Positions 1 through 10,165 of a DNA stretch of 64,000 nucleotides are shown here, piece after piece (positions within the stretch are counted from its first letter, which is position 1; each line of letters opens with the position of its first letter). The position numbers and the translations under genes are program-made. The notes beneath the pieces were generated by a model that made no database searches, was not told where the DNA came from, and saw only the letters and a program-made list of their open reading frames with translations. The stretch is from Nitrospirota bacterium. Lineage in GTDB: Bacteria; Nitrospirota; 9FT-COMBO-42-15; HDB-SIOI813. The stretch spans positions 211,948 through 275,947 of the forward strand of contig JADLDG010000023.1 of NCBI GenBank assembly GCA_020846775.1. The letters are read 5' to 3'.

Positions 1-1416
<1,416 letters not shown>

Positions 1417-1569
1417 TCAGCCCCCTTCTCCAGTTGCTGATATACGGTATGTCGTTGCAATGATTGCAGAAGTAACCCTAATTTTACCTTATTTCCAGAG
1501 GTGAGTGCAAACAGTTAAAGCGCACCCCAATGCTCTATAAATGAATATGGCATTAAACCGCTTCTTCAA

Positions 1570-2985
1570 TTAACCATGTTCCCAGTTTGTATGGAAATAA
1601 CGATTCTCATCAACACGCTCGTAAGTGTGTGCGCCGAAATCATCACGCTGGGCTTGTATCAGGTTTGCGGGAAGCCAGGCGCTGCGGTATGAATCGAAAT
1701 AGGCAAGGGACGCCATCAGTCCTGGAACTGGAATACCAAGTCTTGCAGCCTGGCCTACGACAGAGCGCAAATCTTCATCTTTGGAAATAACTACCTTGCT
1801 AAGATATTCATCATTGAGCAGGTTCGGCAGATCAGGGTGAGATTGAAACGCAGCCCGGATATCTTCGAGTAACGCGGCCCGGATAATGCAGCCGCCACGC
1901 CAGATGAGCGCCACATTTTCCAGTTCTATATTGAAGTCATATTTTTGGGAGGCAATGCGAAGCTGAGCCAAACCCTGGGCATATGTGATTATCATTGAGG
2001 CATAGATTGCGCCTTTGAGCCGGGTAAGAAATACAGCCTGATCACCGTCAAATTGCGGAAGGTGCAATACAAGTTTACTGCTGGCTGTCTCTCGTTCAGT
2101 TTTCATGGCTGACATATTTCTAACGGCGACAGCTGCATCTATTACCGGTATAGGAACCCGTATGTCCATAGCATCTTGTGATGCCCACATCCCTGTGCCT
2201 TTTTGTCCGGCTTTATCCAGGATCATATCGAGGAGCTTCTTCCCGGTTCGTTCATCAACCTTACGGAAAATGTTTGACGTTATTTCTATCAGATACGAAT
2301 TGAGTTCGGCATCATTCCATTGACTATAAACAACAGATAACTCATCATCAGACAGTTTAAGGCCGCGTTTCATCAGGTCGTAAGATTCAGCTATCAACTG
2401 CATCAAACCGTATTCGATTCCATTGTGGACCATTTTGACGTAATGACCAGCTGAACCCGGCCCGAGATAGGCAGAACAGGGCACTCCTGCCACGCGTGCT
2501 GCAATTGCCTCAAAGACAGGTCTGACACGCTCGTAGGCTTCTTTAGGACCACCCGGCATAAGGCTTGGACCGTGCCTCGCTCCTTCCTCGCCGCCGGATA
2601 CTCCGACCCCCATATACAATATTCCGATTTCAGCAAGCGACTTCGAACGCAGGTCCGTATCTTTGAAATGTGAGTTGCCTGCATCAATGATGAGATCGCC
2701 TCTTTCTATCTCAGGCATCAAATCATTGATCACGTTGTCAACCACTTTCCCGGCAGGGACCATCATCATAATGATACGCGGTCTGGAAAGTGCGCTGACA
2801 AATTCCTTCAGTCCTTTCGCGGCATGGATTGCACGGCTTCCGGTCTCTGTTTGAAGTTTCAGAACCTTTGACAAATCCTTATCATAACCGCTGACTGAGT
2901 ACCCATGATCCGCTATATTTAGTGTCAGGTTGCGCCCCATTACGCCAAGACCAATCATTCCGATTTCATATGTTTGTTGTCTCAT
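1570..2985 (-). CDS. gnd: NADP-dependent 6-phosphogluconate dehydrogenase
   Basis: GLGVMG Rossmann motif, GVSGGEEGA, KMVHNGIEY, QKGTG, ANLIQAQRD.FGAHTY; RBS GAGGAG. Confidence 0.97.
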   Translation of the reverse strand: MRQQTYEIGMIGLGVMGRNLTLNIADHGYSVSGYDKDLSKVLKLQTETGSRAIHAAKGLKEFVSALSRPRIIMMMVPAGKVVDNVINDLMPEIERGDLIIDAGNSHFKDTDLRSKSLAEIGILYMGVGVSGGEEGARHGPSLMPGGPKEAYERVRPVFEAIAARVAGVPCSAYLGPGSAGHYVKMVHNGIEYGLMQLIAESYDLMKRGLKLSDDELSVVYSQWNDAELNSYLIEITSNIFRKVDERTGKKLLDMILDKAGQKGTGMWASQDAMDIRVPIPVIDAAVAVRNMSAMKTERETASSKLVLHLPQFDGDQAVFLTRLKGAIYASMIITYAQGLAQLRIASQKYDFNIELENVALIWRGGCIIRAALLEDIRAAFQSHPDLPNLLNDEYLSKVVISKDEDLRSVVGQAARLGIPVPGLMASLAYFDSYRSAWLPANLIQAQRDDFGAHTYERVDENRYFHTNWEHG

Positions 2986-3031
2986 ATCTTTTTCTCCTCT
3001 GATTTATTTCGAGTTCTTAGAAGCCTTTCCG

Positions 3032-6000
3032 TCATAGTCCGGACCGTGATTGCCTTATACGCGTTTTCGAATTATTTAAAACGAAATTAAGTAATAAGTA
3101 AAGTGCAGGCATAACCATCAGAACGAGCGGTACAGCCAATAAAAGTCCCGATATGATGGCAATTGCAAGAGGAGCCTGCATCGCAGATCCGGAGCCAATT
3201 TTTAAAGCCAGAGGCATGAGCGCCAGAATAGCTATAATAGATGTCATGAGGATTGGGCGCATTCTCATGATTCCTGCGGTTATAAGCAGACCGGGTTCAT
3301 TTACAGTAATATCATCGAGCTCGGCAAAATAGAAGATGGCGATCTCAGTAACGATGCCAACTATCATTGTGATGCCCATCATCGCAGAGATGTTAAGCTC
3401 GGTGCCTGTAAGCCAGAGACCGAGAAAAGAGCCGCTCAGCGAAAGGAGGGTCGTAAAAAGGATGCTCAGTACCACCACAAACCGTTCATAGAGGAAAAGC
3501 AGGAGAATCCCCACCAGTAGAACAGCACTTACAAAAACCATAAGCAGGTCACGAAAAGACTTCTGTTGCTCCATGTACAGCCCGCCGTACTCGATATAGC
3601 TCCCCACCGGCAGCTTCATCCCGCTCATAGAGGACTTTATGTCCCTCATGGTCGAGCCCAGGTCCCTCCCTTCTATTCGGCCTGTCACGGCGATCATTTG
3701 CTTAAGATTCTCACGGTCTACCTGGACCTGTCCTTCAGCAATACTTATGCTCGCCACCCTCTTTAAGGGCAGGTAGTGACCGCCCGGAGACTTTAGAAGC
3801 AGTTCATCAATTAGCTGTATGCGGTCACGCAGGTTCGAAGGCGGCCAGACCCTCACGCCCACCATCTTTTCTCCGGACTGAACCTGGCTGGCAACATCTC
3901 CACCGAGCTGTTCGCTGATCTGCCCGGTCACGGCATCCGGATCAAGACCTTCGAGGGCTGCCCTGACCCTGTCAATACGTATTTCGATAGCATCTCCGAC
4001 TATTTTTATGCCGTCAAAGACCTCTACAACTCCAGGTATCCTGCCTATACGTTCTGCCACCTGAGGGGCTATTTTCATGAGTACAGAAGGGTCGTCGCTG
4101 AAAATCTTGATCTCTATAGGCTGGGGTACCGCAGTCAGGTCTCCGATGAGGTCTTCCATGAGCTGGAGGGTCTCTATCCTGAGCCCCGGAACTCCGGTCT
4201 CAATTCGTCTTCGGACCTCGGACATGATGGTCTCGATGTCCCTTCGCGGGAATGGCTTAAGATGTATAAAAAAATCTCCTTCGTTAGCCTCAGTCAGACC
4301 TCCTCCCAATTGCAGTCCTGTACGCCTTGAGTAGGTATCTACTTCCGGCGTATTGGTGACAATCTCCTCTACCTGACGCAATAGCCTGTCCGTTTCAGAC
4401 AGAGATGTGCCAGGAGCGGCCTTGTAGTCGAGAATAAAACCACCTTCGTCCATGTGCGGCATGAAGCCCGAACCTACCCGTGAATATGAGATGTAGCCAG
4501 CGGCGCAGAGCAATATGATGATGGGCAGGACCAGGCGGTTCCGTTTTAGAAAGCCGCTCATAAGCAGGCTGTATTTCCTGTGCATGTACCTCAGCATCCT
4601 GCCGGCCGTTTCCATGCGCTCGGCATCTCTACTTTTCAAAAAGATATCACCTAACAAAGGAATAGCCAAAAAGGCCACAAAAAAAGATATGACAAGGCTG
4701 GAGGCCATCGTGACGGCTAACGCCTTGAAAAAGCCGCCCGTAACCCCGCCCAGGAATGCAAGGGGAAGAAAGACAATAACGGTTGCAAGAGATGACCCGG
4801 ATAGCGGTCTCAACATCTCAGTAGCCGCGCTCAGTACCGGTCCGTGCGCTGGCTTTTCTCCTTTTTCCCCTTCACTCATCCGTCGCATGATGTACTCGAC
4901 CATCACCACCCCGTCATCAACTATCAGACCTACTGCCGCTGCCATGCCGCCAAGCGTCATGATATTGAAACTCATATTGAGTGCGTGCAGAAGAAGCACC
5001 GTGGCCGCCAACACGCTCGGAAGGACAACGGCTATGATCAGTGTGATCCTCAGATTACGCAGAAAGAAAAAGAGTATAAGTGCTGCGAGCGCCGCACCTA
5101 TTAAAATGGCATCGCGTACGCTGATGGCGGACGAGACCACCAGCTCGGACTGGTCGTAGTAAGGTTTTATACTTATGTCCGCCGGAATCTGGCCGCTGAA
5201 ATCAGACAAACGGGCTCTTACACTCCTCACTATCGCGACCGTGTTGTCCCCCGGCTGCTGCATAACGTTCATGAGTACGGCGTCCCTGCCATTTGCCGTG
5301 ACGCGGCTCCACTGCGGGATATAGCCAGAGTGCACATCAGCGACATCTCCAAGCTCTACTATGCCATTGGCGCCGCTTTTCAAAATAGTATGTCTGATGT
5401 CGTCAAGGTTTTTAAGGCTTGTATCAGAGAGCACCAGATAAAGACGATAATGGTCTTCTATACGACCTACAGCCGTCACTACGTTGTTTGCTGAGAGCGC
5501 CATAGCAACGTCCTTGAGGGTGAGTCCCGATGCCCTCAGCCGCGCCGGATCTGCCATCACCTGGTATTCTGCCTGATTTCCTCCCAGTATTTCCACCCCG
5601 GCGATCCCGGGTATGGACGAGATCAGCGGCCTTATCTGGAAGTAGGCGAAATCCCGAAGGCTGACGGGCTCCCGGTCGTTCGATGTGAGCGAAAGACCCA
5701 GAACAGGGAAGACAGTCGGGTCCATTCGCCTGGCCGAGAAAGACGTGCCGGCTGGCAGGCTGGAAAGCTCCCGGCTTACGGCTGATTCTACCTGCAGAAG
5801 CGCCGCCGTCATATCGCTTCCCCAGGCTAAGTTCACCGAAAGGTCTGCCGAACCGCGGCTGCTCGTGGAGCGGATCCCCTGCACATCAGGGACGCTCCTC
5901 AGAGCCTGCTCGAGAGGCTGTACTATCTCCACCACCATTCTGTCAACCGGGCGATCCCCTGAGTCTATGCTTACTACGATACGTGGAAACCGGATATCTG

Positions 6001-6109
6001 GAAATAGAGCTACCGGCAGGCTCCCTGATGTAAATACACCGCCAACGACGAGTACCACAAGAAGAAAAAGCAGTGAGCGGGTATGTCTCTGAAGCCATGG
6101 ACCGATCAT
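3032..6109 (-). CDS. RND efflux inner-membrane permease (AcrB/CusA/CzcA family)
   Basis: 1025 aa, two periplasmic domains, TM4 GLIVDDGVVMVE, TM11 RMRPILMTS, MAxAIISGL. Confidence 0.95.
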   Translation of the reverse strand: MIGPWLQRHTRSLLFLLVVLVVGGVFTSGSLPVALFPDIRFPRIVVSIDSGDRPVDRMVVEIVQPLEQALRSVPDVQGIRSTSSRGSADLSVNLAWGSDMTAALLQVESAVSRELSSLPAGTSFSARRMDPTVFPVLGLSLTSNDREPVSLRDFAYFQIRPLISSIPGIAGVEILGGNQAEYQVMADPARLRASGLTLKDVAMALSANNVVTAVGRIEDHYRLYLVLSDTSLKNLDDIRHTILKSGANGIVELGDVADVHSGYIPQWSRVTANGRDAVLMNVMQQPGDNTVAIVRSVRARLSDFSGQIPADISIKPYYDQSELVVSSAISVRDAILIGAALAALILFFFLRNLRITLIIAVVLPSVLAATVLLLHALNMSFNIMTLGGMAAAVGLIVDDGVVMVEYIMRRMSEGEKGEKPAHGPVLSAATEMLRPLSGSSLATVIVFLPLAFLGGVTGGFFKALAVTMASSLVISFFVAFLAIPLLGDIFLKSRDAERMETAGRMLRYMHRKYSLLMSGFLKRNRLVLPIIILLCAAGYISYSRVGSGFMPHMDEGGFILDYKAAPGTSLSETDRLLRQVEEIVTNTPEVDTYSRRTGLQLGGGLTEANEGDFFIHLKPFPRRDIETIMSEVRRRIETGVPGLRIETLQLMEDLIGDLTAVPQPIEIKIFSDDPSVLMKIAPQVAERIGRIPGVVEVFDGIKIVGDAIEIRIDRVRAALEGLDPDAVTGQISEQLGGDVASQVQSGEKMVGVRVWPPSNLRDRIQLIDELLLKSPGGHYLPLKRVASISIAEGQVQVDRENLKQMIAVTGRIEGRDLGSTMRDIKSSMSGMKLPVGSYIEYGGLYMEQQKSFRDLLMVFVSAVLLVGILLLFLYERFVVVLSILFTTLLSLSGSFLGLWLTGTELNISAMMGITMIVGIVTEIAIFYFAELDDITVNEPGLLITAGIMRMRPILMTSIIAILALMPLALKIGSGSAMQAPLAIAIISGLLLAVPLVLMVMPALYLLLNFVLNNSKTRIRQSRSGL

Positions 6110-7164
6110 TTATGACTTTCCTGACGTATGGCCATTCCATCGTCCAGTTCGTAGTTTCCAGACGTAACAACCATCTCGCCGGCAGAAAGACCTTTGCGTA
6201 TCTCCACGAACTTTCCGTTGTCCTCTCCGGCATCTACCCAGCGCAGATGCGCCTTGCCCTTATCGGCCACGAAGACGTAGGCCCTGCTGTTTTTGTAGAG
6301 GACGGATTCACGTGGTATGGCAAGTGCGCTGACACCCGACTTTATAGCAATTTCACCACGGACCATAGCCCCGGGTAGTATCCCTGTCGAAGTTTTCAGG
6401 GGCACTACCGCATCCACAAGGCGTGTATCGGGGTCAACCTTCCGGTAGACCTGACTTATAGTCCCCTTAACCTGAGAAGCCCCTGGATACAGAGGGGTTA
6501 TATCTACACGCTGACCCTCGCGGACGTGTTCTATGTCTTCCACCTCCACGCCGAACCTGACCCGCAGCTTGTTCGGGTCAGCCAGATGCAGCAGCACTAC
6601 ATCCGGAGCGACGATCTGACCTTCTTTTACGCTAAAAGATTCCACGACTCCATTCATTTCAGAACGCAGGGTAAGTCCGGAGTTGCCAATGTTTCGCTTG
6701 CTTACATTCGCAAGGATAGCCTCTGCCTTTGCCAGTACCTGCTCCGCTGCCTGTACCTCTGCATTAGTGGCAAGATTACTCGATCGAAGACTGATCAAAC
6801 GGTCCAGATCTTTACGGGAGTATTCCTTAGCTATTCTTGCGCTTTCTATTTCGAGACTGGCATTAGCTGTCGGCCGGACTGTAATAAGGGGGGTACCTTT
6901 ACGAACCTGCTCCCCTGCAGTGACGAAGACTCGCGTTACGATCCCCTCGCCTCGCAAACTCAATTCCCTGGTATACTCCGGTGAAAACTCTACTGTGCCA
7001 TATGCGGTAATGCTTTGCGACATCGGTATTGAATTAACGGTGGCAAGGCGAACAAGTACTACACTTCCTGTAATAGTCCCTTCCTCAGCAACCGTGGTCG
7101 CATCAAAAAACCAAATACTGAATAAAACCATGAGCAGAAGCCTTGTAACTATTTTGGGTATCAT
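6106..7164 (-). CDS. RND periplasmic adaptor (membrane fusion protein)
   Basis: N-terminal anchor, lipoyl-like GIVTRVFVTAGEQVRKG / GVVESFSVKEGQ, VDPDTR, LPGAMV, GLSAGEMVVTSG; ATGA overlap with the RND gene. Confidence 0.93.
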   Translation of the reverse strand: MIPKIVTRLLLMVLFSIWFFDATTVAEEGTITGSVVLVRLATVNSIPMSQSITAYGTVEFSPEYTRELSLRGEGIVTRVFVTAGEQVRKGTPLITVRPTANASLEIESARIAKEYSRKDLDRLISLRSSNLATNAEVQAAEQVLAKAEAILANVSKRNIGNSGLTLRSEMNGVVESFSVKEGQIVAPDVVLLHLADPNKLRVRFGVEVEDIEHVREGQRVDITPLYPGASQVKGTISQVYRKVDPDTRLVDAVVPLKTSTGILPGAMVRGEIAIKSGVSALAIPRESVLYKNSRAYVFVADKGKAHLRWVDAGEDNGKFVEIRKGLSAGEMVVTSGNYELDDGMAIRQESHK

Positions 7165-8603
7165 TTGTCAGTCTTCTCCTTCTCCATGAAATGCAATGGA
7201 GCGCCAGCTGCAAGCTGCAAAGCTATCAGCTGCTCAGAAGCGGCCTGCTCAAGGTACAGAAGCTTCAGCTCCTTGTCCAGCAGCGCTGCACGTACCGCTT
7301 CATAGCTGACTGAATCCACGTCTCCCCTTTCCATAGCAATACGCATGGCATCCTCTGAGCGTCTCAATGCGGGCAGCTCTTCATTCACAGCCGCTCTTTG
7401 GCGGTTAATATTTGAAATGTCCGTTGTCAGTCTTGAGATATCAGAGCGTGCCTGATGCAGCCTGGCAGCGTACTCCACTCGTAGTTGAGAGCGGGTGGCC
7501 CTGGCAACTGCAATAGCCCCCCGATTACGGGTAAATACCGGGATATCGATACTGACGCCTATCCCCACGGTATTTTCATTGCCTGTACCACGTGCGCGGC
7601 TAAAACCGAGGTTGAAGCCCGGGTACTGTCCCAGGATGGACACGTGAAGCCTTTCTTCCTGGGCTTCATAACCTTTCTGAAGGGCAATCAGATCAAGACG
7701 CTCATGACTGGCAAAAGCAAATATATCAATGGCATTTAGAGAAGGTATCTCATGAATTGGCCTCACATCAATGGATACCGATTCCTCAGGAGGCAGCCCC
7801 AGAAGATAGTTCAACTCCTGTCTGGTTGCTTCTTTTTCCCTTGAAAGGGCAAGGGCTGTGTCATGTGTGTCTACATATGCGGCCTGTCTTAATCCCACCA
7901 CGTCTATTTTTGCATCTCCGTGCTCGATACTTCTGCGCGCAGCCTCCAGCAGTTGGAGTTCGAAGGCCAAAGCCTCGTTAGCGACAGATTCCCTTTTACC
8001 CAGATACACCATGCGTTCAGCGAGGAGTTGGGCCTGGTTTGCCACCATCCACTCCTGCCATGCTACATCATAATGGGTCTGCTCGCTTTCTGCAATGGCT
8101 GCACGGCGCTCTGACGATCGGGTTATAATGCTGCCAATGTTCCAGCTTAAAGCAACGTTATAGGCGTTCACAAGGCCCTGGGTCGAGCCTATTGGATGAT
8201 CAAGGCCGGCAGAGAGTTGAGGGTCAGGCAATAGTCCTGCGCTGAAGACCTGGGCCCCGGCAACCTCCTCTCTGGCCCTCACGGCCTTGAGGTCCGGATT
8301 GACAAGCACCGCTATTACGGACAGCTCGTCAGGAGTGAGGGGTCTTGAGAAGTCCAGCACGATTGAAGCAATTCTCGGGTGGCGAAAGCTTGCAGCCTCA
8401 CTCGCAAGCTCTTTTTTATCAGGAACGGCAATGGCTTCTTTCAAACCTTTATCCGTGAGAGGTGCGGGGTTATAAACGGCGCAGCCCACTAATATGATGC
8501 TTAAAAATGTCATGAAAACAGGTTTATTTATCGCCCTCCAAAATAACCTTATTTGTTCCAATGCTAACATCATTATAAATGATTTCATCAGCTCATGCGT
8601 CAC
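7161..8603 (-). CDS. TolC-family outer-membrane channel, probable lipoprotein
   Basis: Lipobox LVGC, LLPDPQLS, IDIPVFTRNRG, coiled-coil repeats; ATGA overlap with MFP; start may be a downstream ATG. Confidence 0.9.
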   Translation of the reverse strand: MTHELMKSFIMMLALEQIRLFWRAINKPVFMTFLSIILVGCAVYNPAPLTDKGLKEAIAVPDKKELASEAASFRHPRIASIVLDFSRPLTPDELSVIAVLVNPDLKAVRAREEVAGAQVFSAGLLPDPQLSAGLDHPIGSTQGLVNAYNVALSWNIGSIITRSSERRAAIAESEQTHYDVAWQEWMVANQAQLLAERMVYLGKRESVANEALAFELQLLEAARRSIEHGDAKIDVVGLRQAAYVDTHDTALALSREKEATRQELNYLLGLPPEESVSIDVRPIHEIPSLNAIDIFAFASHERLDLIALQKGYEAQEERLHVSILGQYPGFNLGFSRARGTGNENTVGIGVSIDIPVFTRNRGAIAVARATRSQLRVEYAARLHQARSDISRLTTDISNINRQRAAVNEELPALRRSEDAMRIAMERGDVDSVSYEAVRAALLDKELKLLYLEQAASEQLIALQLAAGAPLHFMEKEKTDK

Positions 8604-10024
8604 CGTATTTCCCTCAGGATCGTATCGCCCAGTTTTTTGTAGTCTCCTCCGTAATGGTGCCCGCCCTTGAGTGGAATAATATCAGCTTTATCCATTTTCA
8701 ACACTCTGCAAAGCGAATCATTCTCTTCCTCTCCATAAAAACAGAGGATTTTTTTTACTTTTATTTTTTCTACTTCAGGAAGAACAGGCGCCGCCGTCTT
8801 TCGTGACGACCTGCCCAGCCAATCGGTTACGTGAAACTCAAAGTCCACTTCATGTCCCGGACCGACAAGGACAGCCAACGGAACATGTCCAAGGATTTCA
8901 GCCGGCAACCTGTTAATCATAAAAGGAAGTACGTCCGCCCCCAATGAATATCCAATCAAAACCGCATTCTCCTTATTCCATGCAGTGAGGTAATGGTTCA
9001 GCACTCTGTTAAGATCGTCTGCGGCTGTATCAGGTGTGCGTCTTGACCAGAAGTATTGAAGCGAATTAAACCCGACAACGTCAATATCACTGTTCGACAA
9101 AATGTCTCCTATTTCACGATCAATATTTGCCCACCCGCCGTCTCCGGAAATAATAACTGCCATGGTTTTCCTGTTGTTCTGTCTTGCCCGTACCTCAACC
9201 AGCGGCAGGTCTTTAAGATCTTCAACTTCTGCATACTTTTGCTGATCCTGTTTTTCAACCAGACTCCTGAACGCCTTCCTGAACTGCGGCATCCAGTGAC
9301 CCGTCACTGAGAAGCCATGACCGACTCTGGGTAACAGTACCATCTCACCTCTGTCAACCTTCTTGACATACGCCTCAACATCCATTGCATTACAGACCTG
9401 ATCAATATCACCCTGAAAGGCAATCCAGGGAATACTGAGATTCTTTGCCGGCAGAAAACTAAATCCTTTACCATGAGGACCCGTAGTCCATTCCAGTCCA
9501 CTACCTCTGCAAAAAGGCTTATTCAGCGGCAGGTCAGGACAGAATCCAAGGCTAATGGCCCCCCGAAAGGTGCCAGGCGGTGACTGGACAATTGTCGCAT
9601 AAACAAGGGTTGCTCCGGATGAATACCCGACAAGGATTGGAGGAATATATCTGGGAAAGTCAAGCTTCTTCTGAACGAATTTGCTTAATAGCTCAAAGTC
9701 CCCGGCAGGATATGAACACTTATCCTGATTACCTGACAGCTCCTTCAAATAATGAGTAATATCAACTCCTATCACCAGGGCATCCAGCGTGGCGAGTTCT
9801 CTTGCCATATCAACTACGCCAAGATTCCATCCCCCATCACCGGAAACGAATATAACGACCTGAGAAGGATGGACAGACTGCTGATAAAGTGTGACCTTGC
9901 CAAAAATGCCATACTCCAGGGTCGTCTCAGCAGCATAGCTATAATTAATCGCAAAAAGGATTACAGCCAGGGTAAACAATGACCTTTTCAACAAAGGGGA
10001 ATAGAGGGAACAGGAACAATTCAT
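8600..10024 (-). CDS. AcvB/VirJ-family tandem alpha/beta-hydrolase (aminoacyl-phosphatidylglycerol hydrolase-like)
   Basis: Signal peptide, two SGDGGW motifs, two nucleophile elbows GYSSGA and GYSLGA, C-terminal GGHHY; GTGA overlap with tolC-like gene. Confidence 0.88.
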   Translation of the reverse strand: MNCSCSLYSPLLKRSLFTLAVILFAINYSYAAETTLEYGIFGKVTLYQQSVHPSQVVIFVSGDGGWNLGVVDMARELATLDALVIGVDITHYLKELSGNQDKCSYPAGDFELLSKFVQKKLDFPRYIPPILVGYSSGATLVYATIVQSPPGTFRGAISLGFCPDLPLNKPFCRGSGLEWTTGPHGKGFSFLPAKNLSIPWIAFQGDIDQVCNAMDVEAYVKKVDRGEMVLLPRVGHGFSVTGHWMPQFRKAFRSLVEKQDQQKYAEVEDLKDLPLVEVRARQNNRKTMAVIISGDGGWANIDREIGDILSNSDIDVVGFNSLQYFWSRRTPDTAADDLNRVLNHYLTAWNKENAVLIGYSLGADVLPFMINRLPAEILGHVPLAVLVGPGHEVDFEFHVTDWLGRSSRKTAAPVLPEVEKIKVKKILCFYGEEENDSLCRVLKMDKADIIPLKGGHHYGGDYKKLGDTILREIR

Positions 10025-10165
10025 TTAGCAATAAGATCCTATAAAATAAGGCTTACAATGAATGCTGAGCTGAATCGCAAAACCATACTGGCAAAGATCG
10101 CAAGCATATATCCATAGCTCGCCGGATATTAACATATCTGCCGTCTTTCTCCGGTTCGAGTTTGT

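Noticed and set aside
10025-10165. Possible mprF remnant or 36-aa ORF between glgP and acvB
   Set aside because: None of the three minus-strand frames gives convincing MprF C-terminal similarity
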